From the NCBI GenBank assembly GCA_946965045.2, contig OX337236.1, positions 1,178,001 through 1,242,000 of the forward strand: a stretch of DNA of 64,000 nt, written 5' to 3'. This DNA comes from Epithemia pelagica. Its lineage: Eukaryota > Protista > Bacillariophyta. Positions within the stretch are counted from its first letter, which is position 1, and the number at the start of each line of letters is the position of its first letter. Made by a program: the position numbers and the translations under genes. This document shows positions 1 through 11,500 of this stretch, piece by piece. A model generated the notes under the pieces. It was not told the origin of the DNA and ran no database searches. It worked only from the letters and a program-made list of their open reading frames with translations.

Positions 1-2
1 TT

Positions 3-3000
3 CGTCGAATCCAGTTCATTATGAGAACTGGAATTCTCGCAAAAACTGAGCAACAGCGTCGTTTGCACACAAAAGCAGCATCACTCACCGACTTACCTCT
101 TTGTGCAGCGTGTCAATATGGAAAACAAAAGAGACGTCCATCACCTGGAACCTTGAGTTCCATTGTAAAAGACAGACGGGGAATAACAAAAGCCGGAAAT
201 CTTTACCCTGGTCAGTGTGTAAGCGTAGATCACTTTGTATGCTCCACTAAAGGACGCTTATTTACATCCCGAGACAAGTCAAAATCTTCCGACCTGTACA
301 TGGGCGGCGCAATCTTTGTAGACCACGCTTCGGGGTACACCTGGATTGGGTTCCAGAGTCATCTAAACACCCATGAGACCCTACAAGTAAAAGACTCATT
401 CGAACTTTTCTGTAGAGATGTGGGAGTTGTGCCCCTACAGTACCTAACTGACAATGGCTCTGCCTTTACATCGGCTAAATATACGGAGTCCCTACAAAAT
501 TTTGCACAAACTTATCGATTTGCGGGAGTTGGGGCACATCACCATGCCGGTATAGCCGAACGTGCAATACAAACCATTATGTCTATAGCAAGAACGATGA
601 TGCTACACGCGGCCATACAATGGCCCGAAATGGCTGATCCTTCTCTATGGCCAATGGCAGTCGCACATGCAACTTTCTTAAGTAACCATGTCCCAAGCCT
701 CGACACGGGCATAAGTCCCCATGACTTGTTTACACGAACAAGATGGGAGCAACGGAAATTCCATGACTTACATGTGTGGGGTTGTCCCGTCTATGTATTG
801 GACAAAGCCATGGCTGACGGTAAGAAGCTTCCACGATGGAAGCCCCGCTCCACGCGAGGAATTCTCATGGGCCTAAGTACCCGTCATGCTACAACTGTAC
901 CACTGGTACTCAACCCCAATACGGGGTATATTACCCCTCAATTCCACGTTGTCTTCGACGACTGGTTTAGTACAATTGCCACATCCGTTGAAGACCTTCC
1001 TGACCTTACCAGTCACGAATGGGACCGACTTTTTGGTGACTCACACTACCAATACATTGAGGACGATGATGATCTCGACTATGAGTCTCCAGCTCCACAT
1101 GATGTTCTACATCATTCCGACTTTGGCAACAAACAGACCACTGTAACTCGATCTATTGAGACTCACGACCCCCCTTCCGTCCTCCCTAGTCATTCTAACT
1201 CTCCTGGTATCTACCCTCTTAATACTTCTGGCTCTGCTTTAGGCGAGAAACCGGTGCCGTTGTCAGAGGGAGTAACCCCTCTTTCTCCATCGACGCCCCT
1301 TTCTCAGAGGGAAACAGTCCGTACCACTCCTACCAAACTACCTACTATCGCAGAGCAACCTTCTCCTATGACCCCTTCTTTGCCTGCACCCCCTTCTTTC
1401 GAGCCATCCACTCCTCAGAGGGAGCAACCACATTCGCCTCGCATCCCTACTCCAGCTCCTACACCTGGTCCAACTATGGTGTCTAGGCGTTCCGGACGAA
1501 CTATTCGACCGCCCAAACGCTATGTGCAAGACCTATGTAGTTTCCCAGCCTCTGTCCAGTCTAGTGACCTTCTCTCCATGATGAAAGCTTCCTTATCAGA
1601 TCCTGACACCCTCAGTTATGATGAAGCTATGCGAGATAAGGATCTCACCAAGTGGCAGGCTGTAGCCAGCAAAGAAATCCGAGAACTAGAAGAAAAGGGA
1701 ACATGGGTAGAGGTGCAGCAGAGTGAAGCAACTACGCGAATTTTACCCGGTACCTGGGTGTTTAAACGCAAAAGAACCCCTGACGGAGAAATTTCCAAGT
1801 TCAAAGCACGATATTGCGTTCGCGGTGACCTCCAGGAGTCAGAGCAAGAGAACTATTCCCCTGTAGTCAACTGGAGTACTATTCGCATTGTACTCACCCT
1901 CAGTCTGATTCTAGGATGGGAACTTGCATGCATTGACTTCAATAATGCTTTCGTGCAAGCCACTTTGAATGAACCCGTATGGATCCATCTGCCTAGAGGA
2001 TTTCGATCATCGTTAAAAGGAACTACATGCCTTAGGTTGGTCAAAAGCCTCTATGGATTGTCATCGGCACCTAGACTGTGGTATGACCACCTAATACAGG
2101 CCCTCAAGGAAGACGGATTCCAAATGAGTAAACACGACCAATGTTTACTGTACAAGGAAAACATAATCATCTTTCTATGGGTAGACGACTGTGGAGTGTG
2201 CGCACCTACAATTACCTTAATTGACGAACTAGTTGAACGATTGAAGAAAAAGGGCTTATCACTGGAAAAAGAAGGAAATTTCACCAATTATTTGGGGATC
2301 AACTTTGTCCGAGATGAAAAGACCAATTCGATCACCATGACTCAAAAGGGACTTATCAACAACGTAATTGACGCTACCAATATGCAGGACTGCAACCCGA
2401 ATTGGACCCCTGCTACACAATTAGCATTGGGAAGCGATCCTGATGGGGAACCCATGAAAGAGAAATGGCAATACAGCTCTATCGTGGGAATGTTACTGTA
2501 CCTTGCAACTAACACCCGACCAGATATAGCCTTCGCTGTGAGCCAAGTAGCACGATTCAACTCTAATCCGAAGAAATCACATGCGGCAGCAGTGAAAACT
2601 ATAGTGCGCTATCTAGCACGCACCAAGGATAAAGGAACCATCTTTACGCCAACTAAAGATTTCAAGCTAGATTGCTATGTAGATGCCGATTTCGCAGGAC
2701 TACATGGAAGGGAGCCTCAAGACAACCCAGTAAGTGCTAAGTCCAGGACTGGTTACATTCTTAGCTTTTGTGGGTGTCCTCTTATTTGGCGGTCGCAGCT
2801 ACAATCATCAGTTGCACTAAGTACCCTCCAAGCCGAGTACCACGCTCTCTCCCAAGCCATGCGAAGTGTGATAGCTACGAGACGCGTGATAGAGGAACTT
2901 CTAGCAAACCTAGACCTGCCATTTGAGAAGCCGACCATCTTCTCTGAAGTATTTGAAGACAATACAGGTGCCTTCTATCTTGCAACTAAGCAAAGATTGA

Positions 3001-3179
3001 CACCTAGGACAAAACACTTCAACACGTACTTACACTTCTTCTGGGAACATGTAGGTGATCACCCAGGCGGAGTGAAGGTAAGCATGGTAGGAACCGAGGA
3101 ACAAAGGGCAGATTATTTCACCAAGTGCCAAACTCGGGAACTCTTCGAAAAGTGCCGTAAGCTCAATCAAGGATGGTAA
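3..3179 (+). CDS. pol: Copia Pol polyprotein (5'-partial): integrase, reverse transcriptase, RNase H
   Basis: Frame is open from base 3. Pre-integrase H..CAAC; integrase D (VSVDHF), D (TDNGSAF), E (AERAIQT); GKKLPRWKPRS; RT KARYCVRGD, LVKSLYGL, WVDD; RNase H YVDADFAG, AEY, FEDN, RTKH, ADYFTK. No internal stops. Confidence 0.97.
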   Translation, partial: RRIQFIMRTGILAKTEQQRRLHTKAASLTDLPLCAACQYGKQKRRPSPGTLSSIVKDRRGITKAGNLYPGQCVSVDHFVCSTKGRLFTSRDKSKSSDLYMGGAIFVDHASGYTWIGFQSHLNTHETLQVKDSFELFCRDVGVVPLQYLTDNGSAFTSAKYTESLQNFAQTYRFAGVGAHHHAGIAERAIQTIMSIARTMMLHAAIQWPEMADPSLWPMAVAHATFLSNHVPSLDTGISPHDLFTRTRWEQRKFHDLHVWGCPVYVLDKAMADGKKLPRWKPRSTRGILMGLSTRHATTVPLVLNPNTGYITPQFHVVFDDWFSTIATSVEDLPDLTSHEWDRLFGDSHYQYIEDDDDLDYESPAPHDVLHHSDFGNKQTTVTRSIETHDPPSVLPSHSNSPGIYPLNTSGSALGEKPVPLSEGVTPLSPSTPLSQRETVRTTPTKLPTIAEQPSPMTPSLPAPPSFEPSTPQREQPHSPRIPTPAPTPGPTMVSRRSGRTIRPPKRYVQDLCSFPASVQSSDLLSMMKASLSDPDTLSYDEAMRDKDLTKWQAVASKEIRELEEKGTWVEVQQSEATTRILPGTWVFKRKRTPDGEISKFKARYCVRGDLQESEQENYSPVVNWSTIRIVLTLSLILGWELACIDFNNAFVQATLNEPVWIHLPRGFRSSLKGTTCLRLVKSLYGLSSAPRLWYDHLIQALKEDGFQMSKHDQCLLYKENIIIFLWVDDCGVCAPTITLIDELVERLKKKGLSLEKEGNFTNYLGINFVRDEKTNSITMTQKGLINNVIDATNMQDCNPNWTPATQLALGSDPDGEPMKEKWQYSSIVGMLLYLATNTRPDIAFAVSQVARFNSNPKKSHAAAVKTIVRYLARTKDKGTIFTPTKDFKLDCYVDADFAGLHGREPQDNPVSAKSRTGYILSFCGCPLIWRSQLQSSVALSTLQAEYHALSQAMRSVIATRRVIEELLANLDLPFEKPTIFSEVFEDNTGAFYLATKQRLTPRTKHFNTYLHFFWEHVGDHPGGVKVSMVGTEEQRADYFTKCQTRELFEKCRKLNQGW

Positions 3180-3219
3180 ACTGAGTCTACGGCATGTCGT
3201 AATTCCCCAATCACTCCAT

Positions 3220-3230
3220 GAGAGGGAGAG
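3220..3230 (+). other. Polypurine tract of the copia element
   Basis: GAGAGGGAGAG about 40 nt after the pol stop, directly before AGTTAAAG (the expected LTR start position). Confidence 0.7.
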
Positions 3231-3280
3231 TTAAAGTACGGCTAGCTATAGACCTAGAACTACCTTTCGAAGAACAACAC

Positions 3281-4164
3281 CTAGACTCTGACTTGTCTCC
3301 AAGTCATGCTGGAAAAGTTAAACCGCCAAAAGTCAGATACTCGAGAGGTTCCATCAAATCCACCGTGAACGTAAAAGGAATTCCCAAAAGCAAAGGCGAC
3401 ATGTCGGTCTCTTGGTGATGGCGGTGGTTGGCTTTGATTGCTGGGCAAGACGGGAGACCATCGCTTTTCTGCAAATGAGTAGGCGTGAAAGGTATTGACC
3501 CGACCAAAACCATCGTACCCTCCAAAGACGTACAAGACATTGTTCAGAACTGCCGCGGCGTGGACTGGGGACAATAGTGATGTAGGAACACGAATGAGTT
3601 GAGTTCATGCAAAGGTGCAACTCGCAAGTAACTCAATCCTATCAACTTACGAGATCGTTCCGAAGGTGGAATCCCTCCATACGTTGTGACGGTGGACCAA
3701 CTCGCTGCCATTGGACATTGTGAATCATCATCTGATTCTGGCAAGAGGAGATCATTGTGTTGTTCTGGTATGGATGTTCGTTCGACGGCCGCAGCTTCAT
3801 TCAGGCGTTGCATACGAGGAGGACTGCCCTGACGCGGATGATGATGCCGATTATCATCTCCATCACGCTGGGGATTGTTGTTGTTATTGTTGGAAGAATG
3901 AGCCATGGCAAATGAGAGATTCGAAGGAGCAAATTGTCTGGAAGTTGAGGAATTAGAAGAAGCTGAAGTCGGCCTTTGTCTTAAAATAGCCTGTTCAGCT
4001 TGTGCGAGTTGCTGCGACTCTGTATCATGAGCGTCTTCTTGAACGAGCGGCTGTGGATGTTCTTGCAGCAAAAGATTACCATCAATCAGTTCAGCTTGTC
4101 CTTCTTCCTGTTCAAGTGCATTTGCTTGTTCTTCCGCTAAATTTTCGTCTTCTCTGTCCTCCAT
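3281..4164 (-). pseudogene. LZTR1-like kelch-repeat protein gene, 5' part only (interrupted or truncated by the copia element)
   Basis: Exon 1 is 4164-3651. Intron 3650-3565 (GTAAGT...CCCCAG). Splicing gives ERSLHAAAVLNNVLYVFGGYDG...PPSPRDRHVA...YVHGGFDGTSRVSDFWRFNFSSMTW (two kelch blades). The frame then stops at 3281 next to retroelement sequence. Confidence 0.8.
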
Positions 4165-4284
4165 AGTGACTTTTTAGAGTATCAGACCAGATAGTTCGGC
4201 TTCGATATAAAACGAGAGAAGTTCTTTCAGTTATTCGTAACACAACGCTGGTCTCTGCTATACTTGGAACTTCCATTTCGTGCG

Positions 4285-4365
4285 TTTTTTTTTTTCTGCC
4301 AGTTTTTTCTGCGACACTTTTTTTTGAATTCGGTGTCATCCCCGCGTCGGGCGAAGCACAGACAG
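4285..4365 (+). repeat. Direct repeat copy 1 (~80 bp) flanking the REase gene
   Basis: TTTTTCTGCCAGTTTTTT..G(C/T)GACACTTTTTTTTGAATTCGGTGTCATCCCCGCGTCGGGCGAAGCACAGACAG, repeated at 6039-6117. Confidence 0.95.
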
Positions 4366-4468
4366 GTAAAAACACGGGGATTGCGGATTGCCTTTGATCG
4401 CAATCAAATAAGAAATCGAAGAAAAGGAAGAGCAACCACAACCACAACAACAACAGCCGGACGATACC

Positions 4469-5713
4469 ATGGCAACTCTCACAGTCGAATATTTCAAAAA
4501 GAATTATGAATCTCTCAAGGATATTCCGGACGACGATGTAGCTAATGTCTTGCATAGATTGAAGGAAGACTGGATTACAACAACAACGAGTCTTGAAAGC
4601 GTTTCAAGGGATGGATTAATTCAAAAAAATTATCCATTAATGTTTGTCAATGCACTGAAACCAGAGGAAGTTGGTCTTCGACAGCATCAGAAGCAACAAC
4701 AACAAAAACAACAGGCGAATGATTCGGAGGATATGAAACGGAAAATTGAAAACATAGAGAAAATGATGATCGAGTCAAAAACGGATGACAGAAACATGTC
4801 GAAGGCGAACACTGAATTTGCAACCGATCTGTTGACCGGGCTGTCGATCTCCTGGCGTAACGCCTACGCCAACATGAATGTCGGAGTCGGATCTGTTGTA
4901 GGAAATTTTGAATGGGAGCAAGCACTTTTGACGGGAGGAACAGGAAAACTTTCGGAAAATGATGGGACCCCATCGGCACTGAAATGGCTCTTTGGTAAGT
5001 TGGATCAAGCGCTTGCTGTGGACGGCAAGAAGCTAGGCATAAGAGACGTGAAAGGAAAGAAATTAGCACCTATCAAGGCCGATCGAAAGGTGGCAAACGG
5101 CAAGTCTGACGGATGTGTTGCGGAGGAATCAATTCTCGCACTTTGTGAGCGGTCTCAGGAATCGTTCTACACATACGGCATGGCACTAGTCGAGATGAAG
5201 ACCGACAGGACGCCGATGAATAAGGCCCAAATGTTACTCCAGCTTGCTGCTTTCTCGAGGGAAAGTGTATGGGGGCAATCAACAATTCTGCTGGGTACGG
5301 ATGGGAACACGAAATGGTACTTGGTACAATTTGAGGCCCTCAACAGCATGTTGATAACCCAGTACGTTGATGGGCGGGAGTGTTTGAATGAGTTTGAATC
5401 TCTCCTGAAGTCTTTGAAAACCAGGGAGGCAAAACTGCGAGATAGCAAGCGCGCTAAACTTGCTCCAGTATTGGAAGAACAGTTTCAGTCAGAACATCAT
5501 CTTCCTGGGGCTTCTACCCCGGGCACTGCTTCTCTAGCATGGACCGATGGAGCGGGAGAAGGCCAGGATGCTGTGGACAAGGCAATAGAGAATGAGGCTC
5601 TGTTACATCGACTTGCTAACGCACTTGCGGAGTCACCTTTGAGTGACGGAGTCCGCCCATCTCTTCCGGAATGGTCTCTTGCTAAAAATGTGGTTCCTTC
5701 ATACTATATGTAG
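4469..5713 (+). CDS. Crinkler-like protein with a PD-(D/E)xK restriction-endonuclease-type domain
   Basis: 414-aa intronless ORF. Motif pattern G-KSD ... LVEMK ... AQMLLQLAA ... LLGTDGNTKWYLV resembles the CRN REase signature (GxxD..ExK..Q..TD..W). N-terminal coiled coil. Confidence 0.65.
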   Translation: MATLTVEYFKKNYESLKDIPDDDVANVLHRLKEDWITTTTSLESVSRDGLIQKNYPLMFVNALKPEEVGLRQHQKQQQQKQQANDSEDMKRKIENIEKMMIESKTDDRNMSKANTEFATDLLTGLSISWRNAYANMNVGVGSVVGNFEWEQALLTGGTGKLSENDGTPSALKWLFGKLDQALAVDGKKLGIRDVKGKKLAPIKADRKVANGKSDGCVAEESILALCERSQESFYTYGMALVEMKTDRTPMNKAQMLLQLAAFSRESVWGQSTILLGTDGNTKWYLVQFEALNSMLITQYVDGRECLNEFESLLKSLKTREAKLRDSKRAKLAPVLEEQFQSEHHLPGASTPGTASLAWTDGAGEGQDAVDKAIENEALLHRLANALAESPLSDGVRPSLPEWSLAKNVVPSYYM

Positions 5714-6038
5714 AGGGGGAGGATTGAAACCATTCTAAGAAAGCTTTTCCCCTAGCTCACACATGCTAACCCCAAAATACAAATGTCACCGCTCAAGATT
5801 TTCTGCAATTCTGAAGATCCACAGCGACTACCTCTGTTTAGAATTAAGGTGTTGTGGAATCGAACCACTGCGCTACCAGCCACCTTAATCCAACTAATCA
5901 AATCTAGAGTATCTAATACCATCTCCAACACTCTCCCTATTCTATTTTAGATATAACCCTTAAGCAGAGTCGGTATTTCTCTCTGGTCATCGACGTGATT
6001 GTGATCCGATGAAGGTCTACGTTTGAGTTATTAGATTA

Positions 6039-6117
6039 TTTTTTTTCTGCCAGTTTTTTTTTGTGACACTTTTTTTTGAATTCGGTGTCATCCCCGCGTC
6101 GGGCGAAGCACAGACAG
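6039..6117 (+). repeat. Direct repeat copy 2 (~80 bp)
   Basis: Near-identical to 4285-4365. The core from GACAC to CACAGACAG is identical apart from T-run length. Confidence 0.95.
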
Positions 6118-6195
6118 CCAAAGAACTGGGAAAATTCGAAATTCGATGACAACCACCAACAACCAACCGCCGCAACTGACAACGTAGATGAGTCG

Positions 6196-6831
6196 ATGGG
6201 CAGATTCCAACTGGAACATCAAATAATAATATTCTTGCCAAAATGGATCATCAGCATCTTCATCGTCCTACAGGCAAATGGCGCTTCTTTGGGTTCTACC
6301 ATCTTCCTTCCAGTAACGGCATTGCTTACAAGATCCACCTCCTCAACCAAAAGATCACATCAACATCATAATGCTTCTGCACTTACAAGAATACGAACGT
6401 CACGATCGGACCAACTCTCTGTTGAGGCAGCTCATTGCTTTCCCAGTGCCATTCCTGTGACTGAAAAGGATCGATTGACTATGCAACGCCAAACTGGCCA
6501 AGTTGCCCCCAGTGTAGCTGCACTCGGTGTCCCATCAACATGTCAGTGTCAACATGGATATCCACAAGTATTTCTATTGAATCCTTTGGTGGGCGAGAAA
6601 CGAATGAATTCTGGTTTGCTAAAATTAACTTGTCCTCTGCTTGTCAATGCGATTGACCAGATGGAAGACGACGGATACATTGCCGACTTTACAAAGCAAG
6701 TGGAATCGAATGAGGAATGGAAAGAATCATGCCAAACGAGGCATCAAGCACATTCTAACGCTCGAAAATCAATACTGATGGAAACCACGTCTTTGGATGA
6801 TCCGATGCTTATTAGTACACGTCTACCATGA
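6196..6831 (+). pseudogene. DUF501-family protein, apparently 3'-truncated
   Basis: VPSTCQCQHGYPQV...GLLKLTCPLLVNAIDQMEDDG matches the DUF501 N-terminal CxxG.P and LTCP motifs. The C-terminal KCLHA motif was not found downstream. Hydrophobic N-terminus. Confidence 0.6.
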
Positions 6832-8579
6832 CATAGCTGTGCCATCTGTCCTGCAAGCTTGTGCGAACACGTGCGTGGACGGCTGACGAAGCTGAGCCAT
6901 ATGTGCCCATGTATGTGACATGTCCGAGCCTGCGGCACAATGTTCCCTCTCTGAATAACCCTGGTGTTTTGTGATACACATTTACATATGCCCACTACTA
7001 TCTACGACAGGCAAAAGCCGGACGAGCTCCACTCGGAAGCAAAGTCCAGGCTATGTCTCACCTAAAACATACACGTCTCCAACTTACAACAAGATTCACC
7101 AAAGGATCATGGATACTTGGTTCAAGCCAATAGTTCCGCCTCTATCCCTCACAGTTTGAGTACATGGAACAGGTTCTATGCACTAAGAGAACAGGTTCCA
7201 TTAGTCCCTAAACGTAGAGCGTCTGTAGCGCCTTACCTAGAAGTCAAAGATGTTTCTTCACCGGGCCCAACGGTTCGGGAAAAGTAAACTCTTTATGACT
7301 GAAAGGAAGTAATGAAAGAGCAATCATGAGAAACAAACACTTTCGATAGAATAAGCTCACTTCTTATAAAAACCTGAAAGTTGTAAGCAACCTTTAGGAA
7401 GGAGTCAACCATACTAACCTAGTGCAAGGTGAGGGCCCCATCGTGTACCGAGTGAACTGGTTGACTACAGAAGTTCAGAGCACTAACCATCACGTCTTAC
7501 GTTAGTTTTTCTACATACATTAAGTATAGTGAATCATCTATCCTACAGAAGACATGAAAGCAACCAACCAACAATCAAACAACAAAACAATTACTCCTAC
7601 ATCAACAAATGAGACGGGTAAGATACTCCAGTTGACATCAAGCGGCTTGTTCCTAGTCTACTCGTTCAACAAGAGACAAGCCAAAGGATCATGCATGAAC
7701 AAGAGGAAAGATTGCAGCAGTGATGAGTGAGAAGAAAGAAAAAGAAACAAGAAGATTAGAAATAAGCCACAGTAGTGAGAAGTGAGAAGCAGTTCAGGTT
7801 CAGCCCAGCATGTTGCATCCATTGTTCTCACCTCACGTCATGGTCAAGCATTTGGCTCGGTTTTTGGTGTTTTGTGACAGACGAGGACGGGAGGGTTGCC
7901 CAAAAAATTTGAGTGGGGACCAGAGGACAATCACCAACCGTCAACTGTCACATGCACGCTGGCCTTGCTCCAATCCTGAGGAATTTTATTGGGTAGACAG
8001 ACAGACGAAAAACATAAAATGCTGGCTGTGTCCACTTGGGAACCTGTGAAGGTGGCACAGACAAAAAACAGCTAAGCAGTGGACACTGATACCGAGGGAT
8101 TGTACGGTACAATAAGGGAAAGAAGTCCCGCCAAGTGAGAACAGGAGTAACAAGTAACAATAGAAGAAAAAGTAGTAGTAAGTCACTCATGAATCAGAAG
8201 GCTCCATAACATAACCCCTTTATTAAGCCAGGCATTAAGTAAAAATGGAATATGCTTCTTATTGTACTCTACCATAAAATTGGCTTTATAAAAAGCACAA
8301 TTGCCTTGGACTCGAATTAATCCATTCATTCATATGCCTATCGGATGATTTAAACCGAGGGCTTATTTTGAAAAGAGCTAAGTGTTTGAAGCTAGAGTAC
8401 ACGCTGGTACAATACAATGATTGTTTCAATTGTTTTGAGGAGCTGCCACATTTTTTTGAAGATATCCGTCTCTCTATCTGCGGCATCGTATAGAACGATC
8501 GCATGTGATTGTGATCATTGGTGGTGGTACTATATGTTGGCCTTGAGCTTCGAATGGTCGGGGAGTGACTGAGAGTATC

Positions 8580-11500
8580 ATGGCCGGCACTGAACAGATT
8601 CGTAGTGAAACTGGATCAGATCAGGACGACGGATTCAATTGGGATGATGAGGAACACCTGCTAAGTCTTCTTGAACGCCAACACAACCGTCTAAACGTTA
8701 CGTTTGATGAGGAGAACATCATATTTACGTCGGGAAAGGCGCCGCCGCGCAGCAATGATGAGGAAACGTCATCATCTTCCAAAATCATGGTTAGAGAAAC
8801 TGATTCAAGTAGTGAAAACCTTTCATCTTCTCGCTCCTGGTTTGCCAACGAAGAATCCTGCATGTTGTTGCCAGAAGAGTCTCCACCTTGTTTGGATGAA
8901 CATCGAGCAGAGATCAAGCGACAGAAACGAGAATTAATCGAGTTGAAAGAAGAGCAACACAACAATAATCACAAGAACAACTTTACAAATGAACAACTCA
9001 GGCATGAAGTGGAAACGCTCATGATGCCTAGAACCGATCGAATTCAGCGCCCTGCCGGTTCGGTGCGTGTTTTTCGGAATTTTCGACAGAGTCTCACTAC
9101 TACAGAGTCCGAGCGAGGCAGGGTGGAAAAACGGTTGCCAGAAGATACCTTCTCCTTTGTCATGATCGCAAAGATGGGTTCTTTTCCATTTTACTATGCC
9201 ACAATGATTGCTTTTTTTCAGTTTTCTGTCTATGTGCTTGTGTGTGTGAACGTGATCAGTGCAAAAGACAAAACAAATCCAATCGGTTTTCCAGCCAATG
9301 TTCCGCCGTCTGTACGAATAGCAGAATGTACGTAAGGGAAAGTTCGCCATGCGTTGGATTGAGATTTCAGATGAGCTAACCTCCTTTTGTTGGCACAGTT
9401 ATTGCACTTGTCATCTCAATCCCTCTTCAAGATGAGCTGTTAGAGGCTTTCATTTTATTGAACGATGGTTACGAGAGCAAAGTATTTGAAACAAAGTTTC
9501 TTGATGCGTCAAAGTCCAAGTTCATTCTATCGATCGCCATGCGATTAGTAGTCGGATTGTTGTCCATTCTCACATCGTTCCTTTTGATCATGATTGAGGA
9601 AGATGTAATGGAAATATTCTTCAACTTCATTGCACTTCAGTTTATCAATGACCTGGATAATCTGGGATTCCGATTTGCGTCTGAGGGTATCATCGGGTTT
9701 CGTGTGCAAGCTGAGGCAACAAGGGTATCCGACGTGTCTTACTACACTGACCGGGCTTTCCACCGACGTTTGCCACTTGTCTGTTTGTTCTTGTTGGTGA
9801 TGGGTGGTTGGGCATGGGTAGTGGCTTTGCAGGAAAATGGGAGATTTGTTTCTGAATCTGTAGAAGTTCAGTTTGGGGATGATATCGATTCCGCTTTGGG
9901 AACATTCAGTGGAGTTTACAGTCGAACAGCTCGGCCTTCCCGATCAGGGCGATTTCATTACTACGATCAAAATCCACAATCTAAAGCGTTCTTTGGTTAT
10001 TGCGAGTCAATTGGAGCGTGGACATTCACATACGAGGGAAATGATCCCTGCAATTTCAAGGCTCGATCTGAGAAAACAGAAACGTACGAAATAACAGATA
10101 CTGTTGCCTGGTTTGTTGGAACTCCCGTTTCCAGGGCGGTTCCCTTGGTCCCCTTCTTCATGGACTGTTTCCGATGCGCCGATGAAATCAACCCGTGTCG
10201 AAATGGTGGCACATTGAGTGTGTCGGATCGTAGTAGTTGCCGCTGCCCGAGCTCGCACTTTGGGCGCCGATGCGAATTTAATGCTCCCTGTATGGAGTTA
10301 AATCTTGATACGTCCAGTGGTGAATGGCTCGGACCAGAAAATTTCCCAACTGACTTTCATGCCATTGAAAGGGATGAGGATGGCGAAGTCGTTGTCTTCA
10401 ATGAAAAACCAGTATACCTTGACCAAGATATGAAGACGCTTGTCGTTGCATACAATGGTCGGCGATGGATGGCAACATCGATTTTCGGTTTCAATGTAAC
10501 CTCCGTGGAGGATATGGTTGCTCGTATGGATAGCGGAATCCAGCTCTTCTACTCACAAGTAAATTCACTTTTCATGTCGGAACCTACGGATATAGGATCA
10601 CCGGACGACGAGGCAACTCCAATCAACTTGCGCTTTTACCGAACAACGGACCCCTCAACAGGAATGCAACGTCCGCTTCGCGATGAGATGCAACCTGTTC
10701 ATTTTACATGCAAGGTTTGTGACGCCGTCCTGTCACCTTGCAAATTTGGGAATCCCTGTGTGAATGGAACATGCCAATGTCTAGATGGAACGTCTGGATA
10801 TCATTGTGAGCAGGGCCCGTGGCGGGATGCCCAATGCAATTTGGCGTTCAACACCATAGATTTCACATACGACGGTGGAGACTGCTGTGCCGGGACATGC
10901 AAAAGTACTGTCAGTCACTTTTGTGGGTACGAAGACCGTGTTGAAATCGGCTTTCCTCATTGCATAGATCTTGCCTTTTCGTGCGCTGCTGGCTCATCGC
11001 CTTGTTGGGCGCCCAACGCAGAACGCTACGTGATGCGCAAGGTTGCATCTTCGGCAAACAACAATGCATTCATTCAGCTAGCAGCCAATGGGCGAATCAT
11101 GGCAGTGACCTACCCTAACGTGGGGGTCATTGAAGTTCTTGACAAGGTTGATAATCAGTGGATTCCGCGAGGTGACACAATGACAGTCGGTTCAGCGCAT
11201 GAGTTCCTTGGTGCCTCTGTTGCGTTGTCCCCAATTGGGCACGATCACGGAAGTGTCCTCGACCTTGTTGCAAGTCCTCTAAACGTTCGTCTTGCTATTA
11301 GCATAAGTCGCGGTCGCATCATTCGTGTTGTGGAATGGTCCGCTGAAAGATGGTTGCTGGTCACGGAAATTGTCACTTCGGATGGATCAAGTGGAACCGG
11401 AGGAAATTTTGACTTTTTTGGACATGGACGATATTTGGCGGTGGAAATGAACAATGGTATTTCAATTTTTGATGTTGAGGACACGGACCAACCTGCGGAA

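Larger units (their letters stand above)
1..3293 (+). mobile_element. Ty1/copia LTR retrotransposon (CoDi-like), 3' portion; 5' end lies upstream of the window
   Basis: Domain order is integrase-RT-RNaseH (copia order). The stop is followed by a polypurine tract GAGAGGGAGAG (3220-3230) and a short putative LTR remnant. The right boundary (3279 or ~3293) is uncertain. Confidence 0.93.
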
